Source: Candidatus Angelobacter sp. (GTDB lineage: Bacteria > Bacteroidota > Bacteroidia > Flavobacteriales > Blattabacteriaceae). From it: a stretch of DNA of 64,000 nucleotides. The DNA lies in contig DASQPV010000016.1 in assembly GCA_035643775.1 (NCBI GenBank), positions 90,529 through 154,528 of the forward strand, given 5' to 3'. Both the position numbers and the translations under genes were made by a program. The notes under the pieces were generated by a model. That model searched no databases and was not told the origin of the DNA. It was given only the letters and a program-made list of their open reading frames with translations. Shown here in pieces: positions 18,523 to 27,851 of the stretch. Within the stretch, counting starts at the first letter, position 1. Each line of letters begins with the position of its first letter.

Positions 18523-21156
18523 ATGAAATCTATAGAGGTTAGAAAAAATTTTTTAAAATTTTTCCAAAAAAAAATTCATAAAATTATTCCTTCAGTTCCT
18601 ATAGTTTTAAAAGATGATCCTTCCCTTTTCTTTGTTAATGCTGGAATGAATCCATTCAAAAATTATTTTTTAGGAAATGAAAAACCTCCGTATACAAGGA
18701 TAGTCGATAGTCAAAAATGTCTTCGTGTTACTGGAAAACATAACGATATAGATGATGTTGGTAATGATACTTATCATCATACTATGTTTGAAATGCTAGG
18801 AAATTGGTCTTTTGGAGATTATTTTAAAAAAGAAGCAATTTCTTGGGCATGGGAACTTTTAACAGAAAAATATAAAATTTCTGAAGAAAATCTCTACGTT
18901 ACTTTCTTTAACGGAGAGCCCAATTTAAATTTACCTGCAGATGAAGAATCATATAACTATTGGAGAGAAATTTTAAATAAAAATCGCATAATCCCATTTG
19001 GAAAAAAAGATAATTTTTGGGAAATGGGTTTTACTGGGCCATGTGGCCCATGTTCAGAGATTCATATAGATTTACGAAATCATAAAGAAAAAGCTAAAAA
19101 ACCTGCTTCAAAATTAATCAATAAAGGACATCCCCATGTAATTGAAATATGGAATTTGGTATTTATAGAATTTTTTCTAAAATCAGATAATTCTCTATAT
19201 AGGCTACCTGATCGTCATATTGATACAGGAATGGGGCTAGAACGTCTCTGTAGAATTTTACAGAAGAAATCTTCCAACTACGAAACTGATCTTTTTCTTC
19301 CATTAATTAGGAAAATTGAAAAATGCATTGGAAAAAAATACGGAGAAGATAAAAATATAGATATTTCTATGCAAGTTTTGGCGGATCATATCCGTGCAGT
19401 TTCATTCGCTATTTCTGAAGGCCAGAATCCTTCGAATACTGGAGTAGGATACGTTATTCGCAGAATACTAAGGAGAGCTCTGGGATTCTCCTTCCGATTT
19501 TTGGATAAAAAACAGGCTTTTATCTACAAACTTGTAGATACTTTGTCTGATGAAATGGGCGAAATTTACCCTGATATTTTCAGGCATAAAGCATCCATAA
19601 AAAAAATTGTTAAAGAAGAAGAAAATATATTCTTGAAAACTATTAATCAAGGAATTATTCGCATGAATCATCTTATAAAAGAATACAAAAACAAAAAAGA
19701 AAAATTAATTGACGGAGTTCATATTTTTGAATTATATGATACTTATGGATTTCCTCTAGATTTTTCTAGAATTTTAGCCAGAGAAAACGATTTAAAAATA
19801 GACAAAGATGGCTTTGAAAAAGAAATGCTGAAACAGAAAAAACGGTCTAAAAAAGGAGAATATACAGAAAAATTTGATTGGATTGTTCTACTCGAAAATT
19901 CTCAAAAAGAGAATTGTTTTTTAGGGTATGATCAACTAGAAATTGAAACTAAAATTAGAAAATTTAGAAAAATGGAAGATTCTTCAGAAAAATATTTCCA
20001 AATTGTTTTTGATCAAACTCCGTTTTATCCTGAAGTAAACGGACAACTAGGCGACACTGGTTGGATTCTTAATTCTAATTATGAAGAGAAGATTCATATT
20101 TTTAAGACAAAAAAGGAAGAAAATCTCATTGTTCACTTAGTGAAAAATATACCACTGCATCCTTTAAAATTTTTTAAAATACGTGTAGATGCTATTAGAA
20201 GGAGAAAAATAGAAAAAAATCATACGGCTATACATTTACTTCATTATGCTCTCAGCGAAATTCTAGGTATAGGAGTTAGGCAAAAAGGTTCTTATATAGG
20301 ACCAGATAGACTTCGTTTCGATTTTTCTCACTCAGAAAAATTAAGTGTCTCAACTATTGACTTCGTAGAAGATAGTGTAAATAAAATGATTCAAGAAAAA
20401 CTTACAATAGAGGAGAAGAAAGAAGCTAGAAGAGAAGGAGGAAGATGCATCCGTTTTGGAAATTCAGTGGAACTTTGCAGTGGAACTCACGTTTCTAATA
20501 CAGAGCATATAGAATACTTTAAAATTCTTTCTGAATCTTCCATTTCCTCTGGAATTCGTCGTATTGAAGCAATTACTTCAATTGAAGTAGTTCGATACCT
20601 TAAAAATATATGTAAAAAGTATAACGTACTTCTAGAGGTTTTAAATTTCCCCAATGATCCTATAAAAAAAATAAAAAATCTGTTAGATGAAAATAAGATT
20701 TTTAAATCGCAATTAAAAAATATTTCTGGGCAAAAGATGAATTTTTTGAAAAAAAAATTGTATTCTAGATTCTCTAAAAAATTCTCTAAAAAAGTCTCTA
20801 AAAAAGAGAGATTAGAGTATTTAAAACTAATTGTTGAAAAAACAGATTTAAATACTGATTCTGTAAAAAAACTTGCTTTGGAGCTTCGTAGAGAAATCCC
20901 TAGCCTTATAATTATTTTAGTTTGTTTTCATTCTAAAAAAAAAGTAGTTATTTTTTCCGCTATTTCTGATAATCTTATTCATTATAGGGGCATGAGTGCT
21001 TCTGCTATTGTTCAATATTTAGCTACTAATATAAGAGTAAAATTTGGCGGAAAAAGTTTTTTTGCTGAAGCTAAAGTAGATAATCTGGAAGGTTTGGAAG
21101 AAGCTCTTCGTAAAGCCAAATTGTTCATAAATTCTATGAACTATTCTTTTTCCTAG
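18523..21156 (+). CDS. alaS: alanyl-tRNA synthetase
   Basis: 877 aa. Motifs FFVNAGMNPFK, HHTMFEMLGNWSFGDYFK, editing-domain HTAIHLLH and CSGTHV. Confidence 0.96.
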   Translation: MKSIEVRKNFLKFFQKKIHKIIPSVPIVLKDDPSLFFVNAGMNPFKNYFLGNEKPPYTRIVDSQKCLRVTGKHNDIDDVGNDTYHHTMFEMLGNWSFGDYFKKEAISWAWELLTEKYKISEENLYVTFFNGEPNLNLPADEESYNYWREILNKNRIIPFGKKDNFWEMGFTGPCGPCSEIHIDLRNHKEKAKKPASKLINKGHPHVIEIWNLVFIEFFLKSDNSLYRLPDRHIDTGMGLERLCRILQKKSSNYETDLFLPLIRKIEKCIGKKYGEDKNIDISMQVLADHIRAVSFAISEGQNPSNTGVGYVIRRILRRALGFSFRFLDKKQAFIYKLVDTLSDEMGEIYPDIFRHKASIKKIVKEEENIFLKTINQGIIRMNHLIKEYKNKKEKLIDGVHIFELYDTYGFPLDFSRILARENDLKIDKDGFEKEMLKQKKRSKKGEYTEKFDWIVLLENSQKENCFLGYDQLEIETKIRKFRKMEDSSEKYFQIVFDQTPFYPEVNGQLGDTGWILNSNYEEKIHIFKTKKEENLIVHLVKNIPLHPLKFFKIRVDAIRRRKIEKNHTAIHLLHYALSEILGIGVRQKGSYIGPDRLRFDFSHSEKLSVSTIDFVEDSVNKMIQEKLTIEEKKEARREGGRCIRFGNSVELCSGTHVSNTEHIEYFKILSESSISSGIRRIEAITSIEVVRYLKNICKKYNVLLEVLNFPNDPIKKIKNLLDENKIFKSQLKNISGQKMNFLKKKLYSRFSKKFSKKVSKKERLEYLKLIVEKTDLNTDSVKKLALELRREIPSLIIILVCFHSKKKVVIFSAISDNLIHYRGMSASAIVQYLATNIRVKFGGKSFFAEAKVDNLEGLEEALRKAKLFINSMNYSFS

Positions 21157-21186
21157 AATTTTTTCGTGTAAACTTTTTTAAAAATT

Positions 21187-23892
21187 ATGGAAAAATACTC
21201 CTTTTTAAACGCTATACATCCAGAACATATAGAAGAGCTTTATCATAGATATCTGGAGGATCCAGATGTTATAGAACCCAGCTGGAGATCTTTTTTTCAG
21301 GGATTCGATTTTTTCCAAGAAAATTACGTTAGAATTAGAAAAAAAGATCGTCTTTTCTCAGAAATTTCTGCTGAATTCAAGGTTATTGATTTGATAAATG
21401 CATCTAGAACTAGAGGCCATTTTTTTTCTAGAAAAAATCCTCTACTAAATAAACATCCCGAAATAGACCTAGATTCTTTTGGTTTGTCTGAAGAAGATCT
21501 AGATACAGTTTTTAAAGCATCCAAGATAATTGGATTGCCCCCCACTTCCTTAAAAAATATTTTGAAACATCTCAAAACCGTTTTTTGCGAATCTATTGGT
21601 ATTGAATATATGCATATTCAAGACACTGAAAAAATAGAATGGATACAAAAGTGGATTAATTACAAGGGGAATAATCCCCAACTTTCTTTCGAAAAGAAAA
21701 AACTTTTATTTGAAAAACTCAGTGATGCTGTTATTTTCGAAGATTTTCTTCATACTAAATTCATTGGACATAAAAGATTTTCTATTGAAGGAAATGAATC
21801 TATAGCACCAGCTCTGTCCGAGCTAGTGGAATATGCCTCTGATTTTTATAAAGTAGAGAATATTGTTTTTGGAATGGCACATAGGGGAAGATTAAATGTT
21901 CTTTCCAACCTTTTCAAAAAGAATTTTTCTAAAATTTTTTGCGAATTTTCAGGTAAAGAGTATGAAAATTCTTCTTTTTCTGGAGATGTAAAATATCATT
22001 TGGGATTAACTACTATAAAAAAAAGTAGAAGGGGTAATTCCATTCAAATAAATATTACTCCTAATCCCTCCCATCTAGAAGTTGTCGGAGCTATCGTAGA
22101 AGGGATTAGTAGAGCAAAAATTGATCTGCATTATGCAGGAGATTATGATAAAGTGCTTCCTATTATCATACATGGTGATGCAGCAATTTCTGCACAGGGG
22201 ATCGTTTACGAAGTGGTTCAGATGGCCTTCCTTAAAGGATACAAAACTGGAGGAACTATTCATCTTGTTATTAATAATCAAGTTGGATTTACTACCAATT
22301 ATTTTTACGGTAGATCAAGCATTTATTGTACGGACATAGCTAAGGTTTTGCTTTCTCCAGTGCTTCACGTTAATTCTGAAGACATGGAATCTGTAATACA
22401 TGCTATTCGTTTCTCCGTAGATTTTAGAATGCGTTATAATCAAGATGTTTTTATTGACTTACTTGGTTATAGAAAATACGGCCATAATGAAAGTGATGAG
22501 CCTCGTTTCACTCAAAAATCTCTCTATAGAATAATAGATAAAAAAATTAGCTCTAAAGAGATTTACAGAAAAAAATTAGAAAAAGAGGGGGTAATTGATT
22601 CTAATTTTATAAAAAAAGTTGAAGACAAATACAAAAAATCTCTAGAAAAATCTTTCGAAGAATCGAAGAAAATTGAATTCAATAAACTTGATTTTTTTAT
22701 GCACGATGCCTGGAAAAGTTTTTCAAAATACAAAAAAGTTTTTGAAAAAATTGACACTAGATTTTGCATAGATCGATTATGTGAAATTGGAAAAATAATT
22801 TTTACACTTCCAAGTGGAAGAAATTTTTATAAAAAAACTGAAAGACTATTTGATCATCGATATCAAATGGTTTCAAAAGAAAAAATAGTTGATTGGGGAA
22901 TAGCTGAACTATTAGCATATGGGAGTCTTCTTGACGAAGGATACCATATTCGTGTATCTGGGGAAGATGTGGAAAGAGGAACTTTTTCACATCGTCATTC
23001 TTTAATTAAGTCGGAAGATGAAGAACCCTTTATTTTACTCAATTATATAAGAAATGGACAAGGAAAAATTCAGGTTTATAATTCCCCACTTTCTGAATAT
23101 GGGGTTCTCGGATTTGATTTTGGATATTCTATAACTTCTCCTAATACTTTAACTATTTGGGAAGCCCAATTTGGGGATTTTTGTAATGTTGGTCAAGTCA
23201 TAATTGATCAATATATTTCTTCAGCCGAAGAAAAATGGAAGATCCAGAGTGGATTAGTTTTGTTATTACCACACGGTTATGAAGGACAAGGAGCGGAACA
23301 TTCTTCAGCTAGAGTGGAACGTTTTCTTCAGCTTTGCTCTGGAAAAAACATTTTAGTGGCAAATTGCAGTACTCCAGCTAATTTTTTCCATCTTTTGCGA
23401 AGACAAATGAAGTTTTCCTTTCGTAAACCATTGATTATTTTTACTCCTAAAAGTATGTTAAGATATTCTCTTTGTTTTTCTTCTTTAGAAGAATTGGCTA
23501 ATGGTTTTTTTAAGGAAATTATTGACGATGATTATGTGGATCCTCAAAAAGTGAGGAATTTAATATTCTGTTCAGGAAAAATTTATTACGATCTTTTTAA
23601 GAAGAGGAAAGAAACTTTCAATGAAAATACGGCTCTAATCCGTTTGGAACAACTTTATCCTTTAAAAGGATCTTGTATTGAAAAAATTTTAAAGCGTTAT
23701 CCTAGTAAAAATAGAATGATATGGGTACAAGAAGAGCCAGAAAATATGGGGCCTGGGTCTTATTTAATAAAAAGTTTTCGAGAGTTTCCTTGGGAAATAA
23801 TTGCTCCTAAAGAAAGCTCTGTATCTTCGACAGGATCTTATCAAAACTTTTTAAAAGTACATGTATCTCTACTTGAAAAAGCGTTTCAATAG
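21187..23892 (+). CDS. sucA: 2-oxoglutarate dehydrogenase E1 component
   Basis: 901 aa. Motifs [41 protein letters not shown]. Confidence 0.95.
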   Translation: MEKYSFLNAIHPEHIEELYHRYLEDPDVIEPSWRSFFQGFDFFQENYVRIRKKDRLFSEISAEFKVIDLINASRTRGHFFSRKNPLLNKHPEIDLDSFGLSEEDLDTVFKASKIIGLPPTSLKNILKHLKTVFCESIGIEYMHIQDTEKIEWIQKWINYKGNNPQLSFEKKKLLFEKLSDAVIFEDFLHTKFIGHKRFSIEGNESIAPALSELVEYASDFYKVENIVFGMAHRGRLNVLSNLFKKNFSKIFCEFSGKEYENSSFSGDVKYHLGLTTIKKSRRGNSIQINITPNPSHLEVVGAIVEGISRAKIDLHYAGDYDKVLPIIIHGDAAISAQGIVYEVVQMAFLKGYKTGGTIHLVINNQVGFTTNYFYGRSSIYCTDIAKVLLSPVLHVNSEDMESVIHAIRFSVDFRMRYNQDVFIDLLGYRKYGHNESDEPRFTQKSLYRIIDKKISSKEIYRKKLEKEGVIDSNFIKKVEDKYKKSLEKSFEESKKIEFNKLDFFMHDAWKSFSKYKKVFEKIDTRFCIDRLCEIGKIIFTLPSGRNFYKKTERLFDHRYQMVSKEKIVDWGIAELLAYGSLLDEGYHIRVSGEDVERGTFSHRHSLIKSEDEEPFILLNYIRNGQGKIQVYNSPLSEYGVLGFDFGYSITSPNTLTIWEAQFGDFCNVGQVIIDQYISSAEEKWKIQSGLVLLLPHGYEGQGAEHSSARVERFLQLCSGKNILVANCSTPANFFHLLRRQMKFSFRKPLIIFTPKSMLRYSLCFSSLEELANGFFKEIIDDDYVDPQKVRNLIFCSGKIYYDLFKKRKETFNENTALIRLEQLYPLKGSCIEKILKRYPSKNRMIWVQEEPENMGPGSYLIKSFREFPWEIIAPKESSVSSTGSYQNFLKVHVSLLEKAFQ

Positions 23893-23909
23893 TTAATTTA
23901 TTAAAAATT

Positions 23910-25061
23910 ATGATTTTAGAAATAAAAGCTCCTTCTCCAGGAGAATCCATAACTGAAATAGAAATTTCATCTTGGCTCGTAAAAGATGGAAGTTATGTTA
24001 ATAAAGGAAAAATTATTGCAGAAATAGATTCAGATAAGGCAACATTGGAAATATCAGCCCCAGATAGTGGAAAAATTATCACAAAAGCTAAAAAAGGGGA
24101 TATAGTATCAGTAGGGGATGTTATTGGGCTAATAGATACCGATTCCACTTTGGAAGAAGCCCCATCCACTTTGGAAGAAGCCCCAGATGTAGCTCCTGCT
24201 ATACAGGCTCCATCCGCAAAAAAAATATTATATGAAAAAGGAATTTTTATTGATCCAATTAAAGGAGGCAAAATTCTAAAAAAAGATGCTTTAAAGGCAA
24301 ATATTTCTTTGGGAAGCTTTACTACAAAGACTTCCCGTTCGTTTAAAATCTCTATGCTTTCTAAACTTAGAAGAAAAATCTCGGAAAGATTAGTTTCAGT
24401 AAAAAATAATACAGCTATTCTAACTACTTTTAATGAAGTAGATTTGAGCCAAATTTTTTATTTGAGAAATAAATTTAAGGAAAAATTTAAAGAAAGACAC
24501 GGGGTAAACTTAGGATTTATGTCTTTTTTCACAAAAAGTTGTGTAAGAGCTTTGAAGTTATATCCTGATGTTAATGCAATGATTGATGGAGAAAATAAAA
24601 TTAGTTTTGATTATTGCGACATAAGTATTGCAATTTCTGGGCCGAAAGGATTAGTTGTTCCAGTTTTGAGAAATGCTGAGTTTATTACCTTTAAGGGAAT
24701 TGAACAAGAAATAAAACGTCTTTATAGAAGGGTGCAAGAGGGCGTAATTTCTGTTGATGAAATGACGGGAGGAACTTTCACAATAACAAATGGGGGTGTT
24801 TTTGGGTCCATGCTTTCGACCCCAATTATAAATCCACCTCAGAGTGCAATTTTAGGAATGCATAAAATTGCAGAACGTCCTGTTGTTATTAATGGTAAAG
24901 TCCAAATACGTCCTATAATGTATTTAGCTCTTTCGTATGATCATTGTCTACTTGACGGTAGAGAGGCTGTAGGTTTTCTCCTATCCATAAAAGAATCAAT
25001 AGAAGATCCCATAAATTATTTGATGGAATCTAATCCAGAAAAATCTTTAGAATTATTCTAG
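23910..25061 (+). CDS. sucB: dihydrolipoyllysine-residue succinyltransferase (E2 of 2-oxoglutarate dehydrogenase)
   Basis: 383 aa. Lipoyl domain ([11 protein letters not shown]), E3-binding segment, and catalytic domain ending [14 protein letters not shown]. Confidence 0.94.
   Translation: MILEIKAPSPGESITEIEISSWLVKDGSYVNKGKIIAEIDSDKATLEISAPDSGKIITKAKKGDIVSVGDVIGLIDTDSTLEEAPSTLEEAPDVAPAIQAPSAKKILYEKGIFIDPIKGGKILKKDALKANISLGSFTTKTSRSFKISMLSKLRRKISERLVSVKNNTAILTTFNEVDLSQIFYLRNKFKEKFKERHGVNLGFMSFFTKSCVRALKLYPDVNAMIDGENKISFDYCDISIAISGPKGLVVPVLRNAEFITFKGIEQEIKRLYRRVQEGVISVDEMTGGTFTITNGGVFGSMLSTPIINPPQSAILGMHKIAERPVVINGKVQIRPIMYLALSYDHCLLDGREAVGFLLSIKESIEDPINYLMESNPEKSLELF
24144..24185 (+). repeat. 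perfect 21-bp in-frame tandem duplication (TCCACTTTGGAAGAAGCCCCA x2 = STLEEAP x2) in the sucB inter-domain linker
   Basis: Direct reading shows identical copies at 24144-24164 and 24165-24185. Confidence 0.9.
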
Positions 25062-25065
25062 AAAA

Positions 25066-26262
25066 ATGAATGTCCACGAATTTCAAGGAAAAGAAATCCT
25101 AAATTTTTTCGGAGTTTCAACTACGAAATCATTTTTGGCTTCTACTGAACAAGAGGCTTTAGAAGTAGCTAAAAGGCTTTCTGTAAATTTCTCCTGTTTA
25201 GAATCTTATGTTATTAAAGCACAAGTACATGCAGGAGGAAGGGGTAAATGTGGAGGAGTTAAACTAGCAAAAAACTTAAAAGAGGTTAGAGAAAAGGCCC
25301 AGAAAATTTTAGGAATGTATTTAGTTACTCCTCAAACCTCTGAAAAAGGAAAACTTGTCCGAAAAGTTTTAGTTTCTGAAGATGTTTATGATACCGGAAC
25401 TCTTGAATATTATATTTCTATTTTTCTAAATCGATCCTTAGGAAAAAATATGATTTTGTATTCTACAGAAGGTGGAATGGATATAGAAAGTGTCTCTAAT
25501 CCAGAAAAGGTTAAAACAGAGATTATAGACTCTGAAGAGATGAAAGCTTTTCAAGCAAGAAAGATTGCTTTTAATCTCCATTTAAAAGGAAAAGCGTTTA
25601 AAGCTTTCGGAAAATTTATTACTTCTTTATATAGGGCATATGTTAAAAGTGATGCTTCATTATTGGAAATTAACCCAATGATTAAAACTTATGATGATCG
25701 AATTCTAGCTGTAGATGCTAAGGTAGTTATAGATGAAAATGCTCTATTTCGTCATTCTGATTACAAAACTATGCGGGATAATCAAGAAGAAAATACTGAA
25801 GAAGTGGAAGCTTCAAAAGCTGGATTAAACTTTGTTAAGTTAAACGGTAATGTAGCTTGTATGGTGAATGGAGCAGGATTAGCAATGGCTACAATGGATA
25901 TGATAAAATTTTCAGGTGGAAGTCCGGCTAATTTTCTTGATATAGGGGGAACAGCAGATGAAAATCGCATAGAAAATGCTTTTAGCATAATTTTGAAAGA
26001 TTCATCTGTTGAAGTTATCCTTATTAATATATTTGGAGGTATTGTACGTTGCGATCTAGTCGCAAGGGGCATAATTGCCTGCACAAAGTATCTTTGTGAT
26101 AAGATTCGTATTCCTATTGTTATTAGATTGAAAGGGACTAATTTTGAAAGATCTAGGGAAATAATTAATCGAAGCGGGTTCCCCTTTCATTCAGTATTTT
26201 CTATGAAAGAAGCCTCAGAAAAATTGAAAACTTTATATAAAAGTTCTCCTCCTTCTTTTTAA
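25066..26262 (+). CDS. sucC: succinyl-CoA synthetase beta subunit
   Basis: 398 aa. Start MNVHEFQGKEIL, plus AQVHAGGRGKCGGVKL and NGAGLAMATMD. No sucD follows it here. Confidence 0.94.
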   Translation: MNVHEFQGKEILNFFGVSTTKSFLASTEQEALEVAKRLSVNFSCLESYVIKAQVHAGGRGKCGGVKLAKNLKEVREKAQKILGMYLVTPQTSEKGKLVRKVLVSEDVYDTGTLEYYISIFLNRSLGKNMILYSTEGGMDIESVSNPEKVKTEIIDSEEMKAFQARKIAFNLHLKGKAFKAFGKFITSLYRAYVKSDASLLEINPMIKTYDDRILAVDAKVVIDENALFRHSDYKTMRDNQEENTEEVEASKAGLNFVKLNGNVACMVNGAGLAMATMDMIKFSGGSPANFLDIGGTADENRIENAFSIILKDSSVEVILINIFGGIVRCDLVARGIIACTKYLCDKIRIPIVIRLKGTNFERSREIINRSGFPFHSVFSMKEASEKLKTLYKSSPPSF

Positions 26263-26377
26263 TAAAATATTTGAAACAGGCATCTGAAATACCTCAATAT
26301 TTTTTCATTAAAGCATTGTATGTATGGAAGTCAAGCAGAATAATGAAAATAGCATCACTCAAAAAAGGCTCTGAATT

Positions 26378-26462
26378 ATGATGAATGAATTATTGAATTG
26401 AATAATTATTTAATTTTAATATGATGATGAATTATTGAATAATTAATATGATGAATTATGAT
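26378..26462 (+). repeat. three dispersed copies of the lpdA start region (ATGATGAAT[GAAT]TATTGAAT / ATGATGAATTATTGAAT / ATGATGAATTATGAT)
   Basis: Copies start at 26378, 26424 and 26448. Only the last opens lpdA; the first two open mini-ORFs MMNELLN* and (from 26421) MMMNY*. Confidence 0.75.
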
Positions 26463-27851
26463 ATCGTTGTTATAGGGTCTGGCCCAGGCGGGTATATATC
26501 AGCTATACGTGCTTCTCAACTTGGATTTAAAACTGCACTTGTTGAAAAATATAATACTTTAGGTGGAACTTGTTTAAATATTGGTTGCATTCCATCAAAA
26601 GCTATTTTAGACTCTTCTGAACATTACTATAAATCCCAAAAAACTTTTTTAAATCACGGTATTATTTTTAACTCTCTAACTTTAGATTTTAATCAAATGA
26701 TTTCCAGAAAGGAAAAAGTAGTAAAGAAAATTCTAGAGGGGTTAAAGTTTCTTCTTCGAAAGAATAAGATAGATATTTATAATGGAGTAGGTAGCTTTAA
26801 AGAAGAAAATCATTTGATTGTTTCTCAATCAGATAATATTGTAGAAATAAAATTTAAAAACGCTATTATTTCTACTGGATCTAAGCCCGTTGATTTACCT
26901 ATTTTAAGAATAGACAAAAAAAAAATCCTTTCGTCTACCCAAGTTCTTTCTTTAACTGAAGTACCTAAACGGTTAACGATTATTGGAGGAGGAGTAATAG
27001 GTTTAGAATTAGGCGTAGCTTATCAAAGATTGGGTAGTGAAGTTTCCATTATTGAATCTTCTGATCGTATCATTCCAAAAATGGATAAAGGTATAAGTAA
27101 ATATCTACAAAAAATTCTAAAAAAAATAGGGATTCAATTTAACCTTTCTTCCTCTGTTAAAGAAGCAAAGTTTAAAAATAATGAAGTCATTATCAAAGGT
27201 AAATCACAAGGAGAAAGAGATTTCGAAATCTATGGAGACTATTGTTTATTAGCTATTGGTAGGAGACCTTATACAGAAGGTCTGGGATTACAAAATATTG
27301 GAATTGAAATAGATAAGAGCGGGTTCATCCTAGTCAATAAATATTTACAAACTAATGTAAGTAATATTTACGCAATAGGGGATGTAATAGGAGGATCAAT
27401 GCTAGCTCATAAAGCTGAAGAAGAGGCTTTATTTGTGATAGAACATTTGTCTGGACAAAAACCCCAGAAAATTAATTATAATCTTATCCCTGTAGTAATC
27501 TATACATGGCCTGAAGTAGCATCTGTCGGATTTACAGAAGAACAATTAAAAAAGAAAAATATACGCTACAAAATAGGAAGTTTCCCAATGTTTGCTTTGG
27601 GACGTTCTATATCAAGTGGAGATGTAGAAGGATTTGTGAAAATATTAGCATCTGAAGATACAGATGAGATACTGGGGGTTCATATGATTGGGGCAAGAGC
27701 CTCAGATATAATTATGGAAGCTGTAATAGCAATGGGATTTAGGGCTTCTTCTGAAGATATATATAGAATTTCTCATCCACACCCAACTTTTTCTGAAGTT
27801 ATTCGAGAAGCAGCACTTTCTGCTTTTAATGGTAATCCTTTACATATTTAG
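26448..27851 (+). CDS. lpdA: dihydrolipoyl dehydrogenase (E3)
   Basis: 467 aa. FAD motif VIGSGPGGY, redox disulfide GGTCLNIGCIPSK, C-terminal HPHPTFSE. Confidence 0.95.
   Translation: MMNYDIVVIGSGPGGYISAIRASQLGFKTALVEKYNTLGGTCLNIGCIPSKAILDSSEHYYKSQKTFLNHGIIFNSLTLDFNQMISRKEKVVKKILEGLKFLLRKNKIDIYNGVGSFKEENHLIVSQSDNIVEIKFKNAIISTGSKPVDLPILRIDKKKILSSTQVLSLTEVPKRLTIIGGGVIGLELGVAYQRLGSEVSIIESSDRIIPKMDKGISKYLQKILKKIGIQFNLSSSVKEAKFKNNEVIIKGKSQGERDFEIYGDYCLLAIGRRPYTEGLGLQNIGIEIDKSGFILVNKYLQTNVSNIYAIGDVIGGSMLAHKAEEEALFVIEHLSGQKPQKINYNLIPVVIYTWPEVASVGFTEEQLKKKNIRYKIGSFPMFALGRSISSGDVEGFVKILASEDTDEILGVHMIGARASDIIMEAVIAMGFRASSEDIYRISHPHPTFSEVIREAALSAFNGNPLHI

Noticed and set aside
21324-22990. Several 60-85-aa ORFs on both strands inside sucA (21324..21575, 22075..22281, 22121..22339, 22563..22769, 22802..22990)
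   Set aside because: They are embedded in a well-conserved E1 gene, and stop-poor alternative frames are expected in AT-rich DNA. No motifs are present. The same reasoning applies to the antisense or alternative-frame ORFs inside aroE, thrC, thrB, folC, alaS, sucB, sucC, metE, yidC, ftsH, the ribosomal genes, secY, aroC, lepB and infB.
26263-26447. Remnant of sucD in the sucC-lpdA spacer
   Set aside because: I could not read any SucD-like peptide (for example the CoA-binding GFTG..G motif) in any frame. The spacer is also far too short, so no claim is made.
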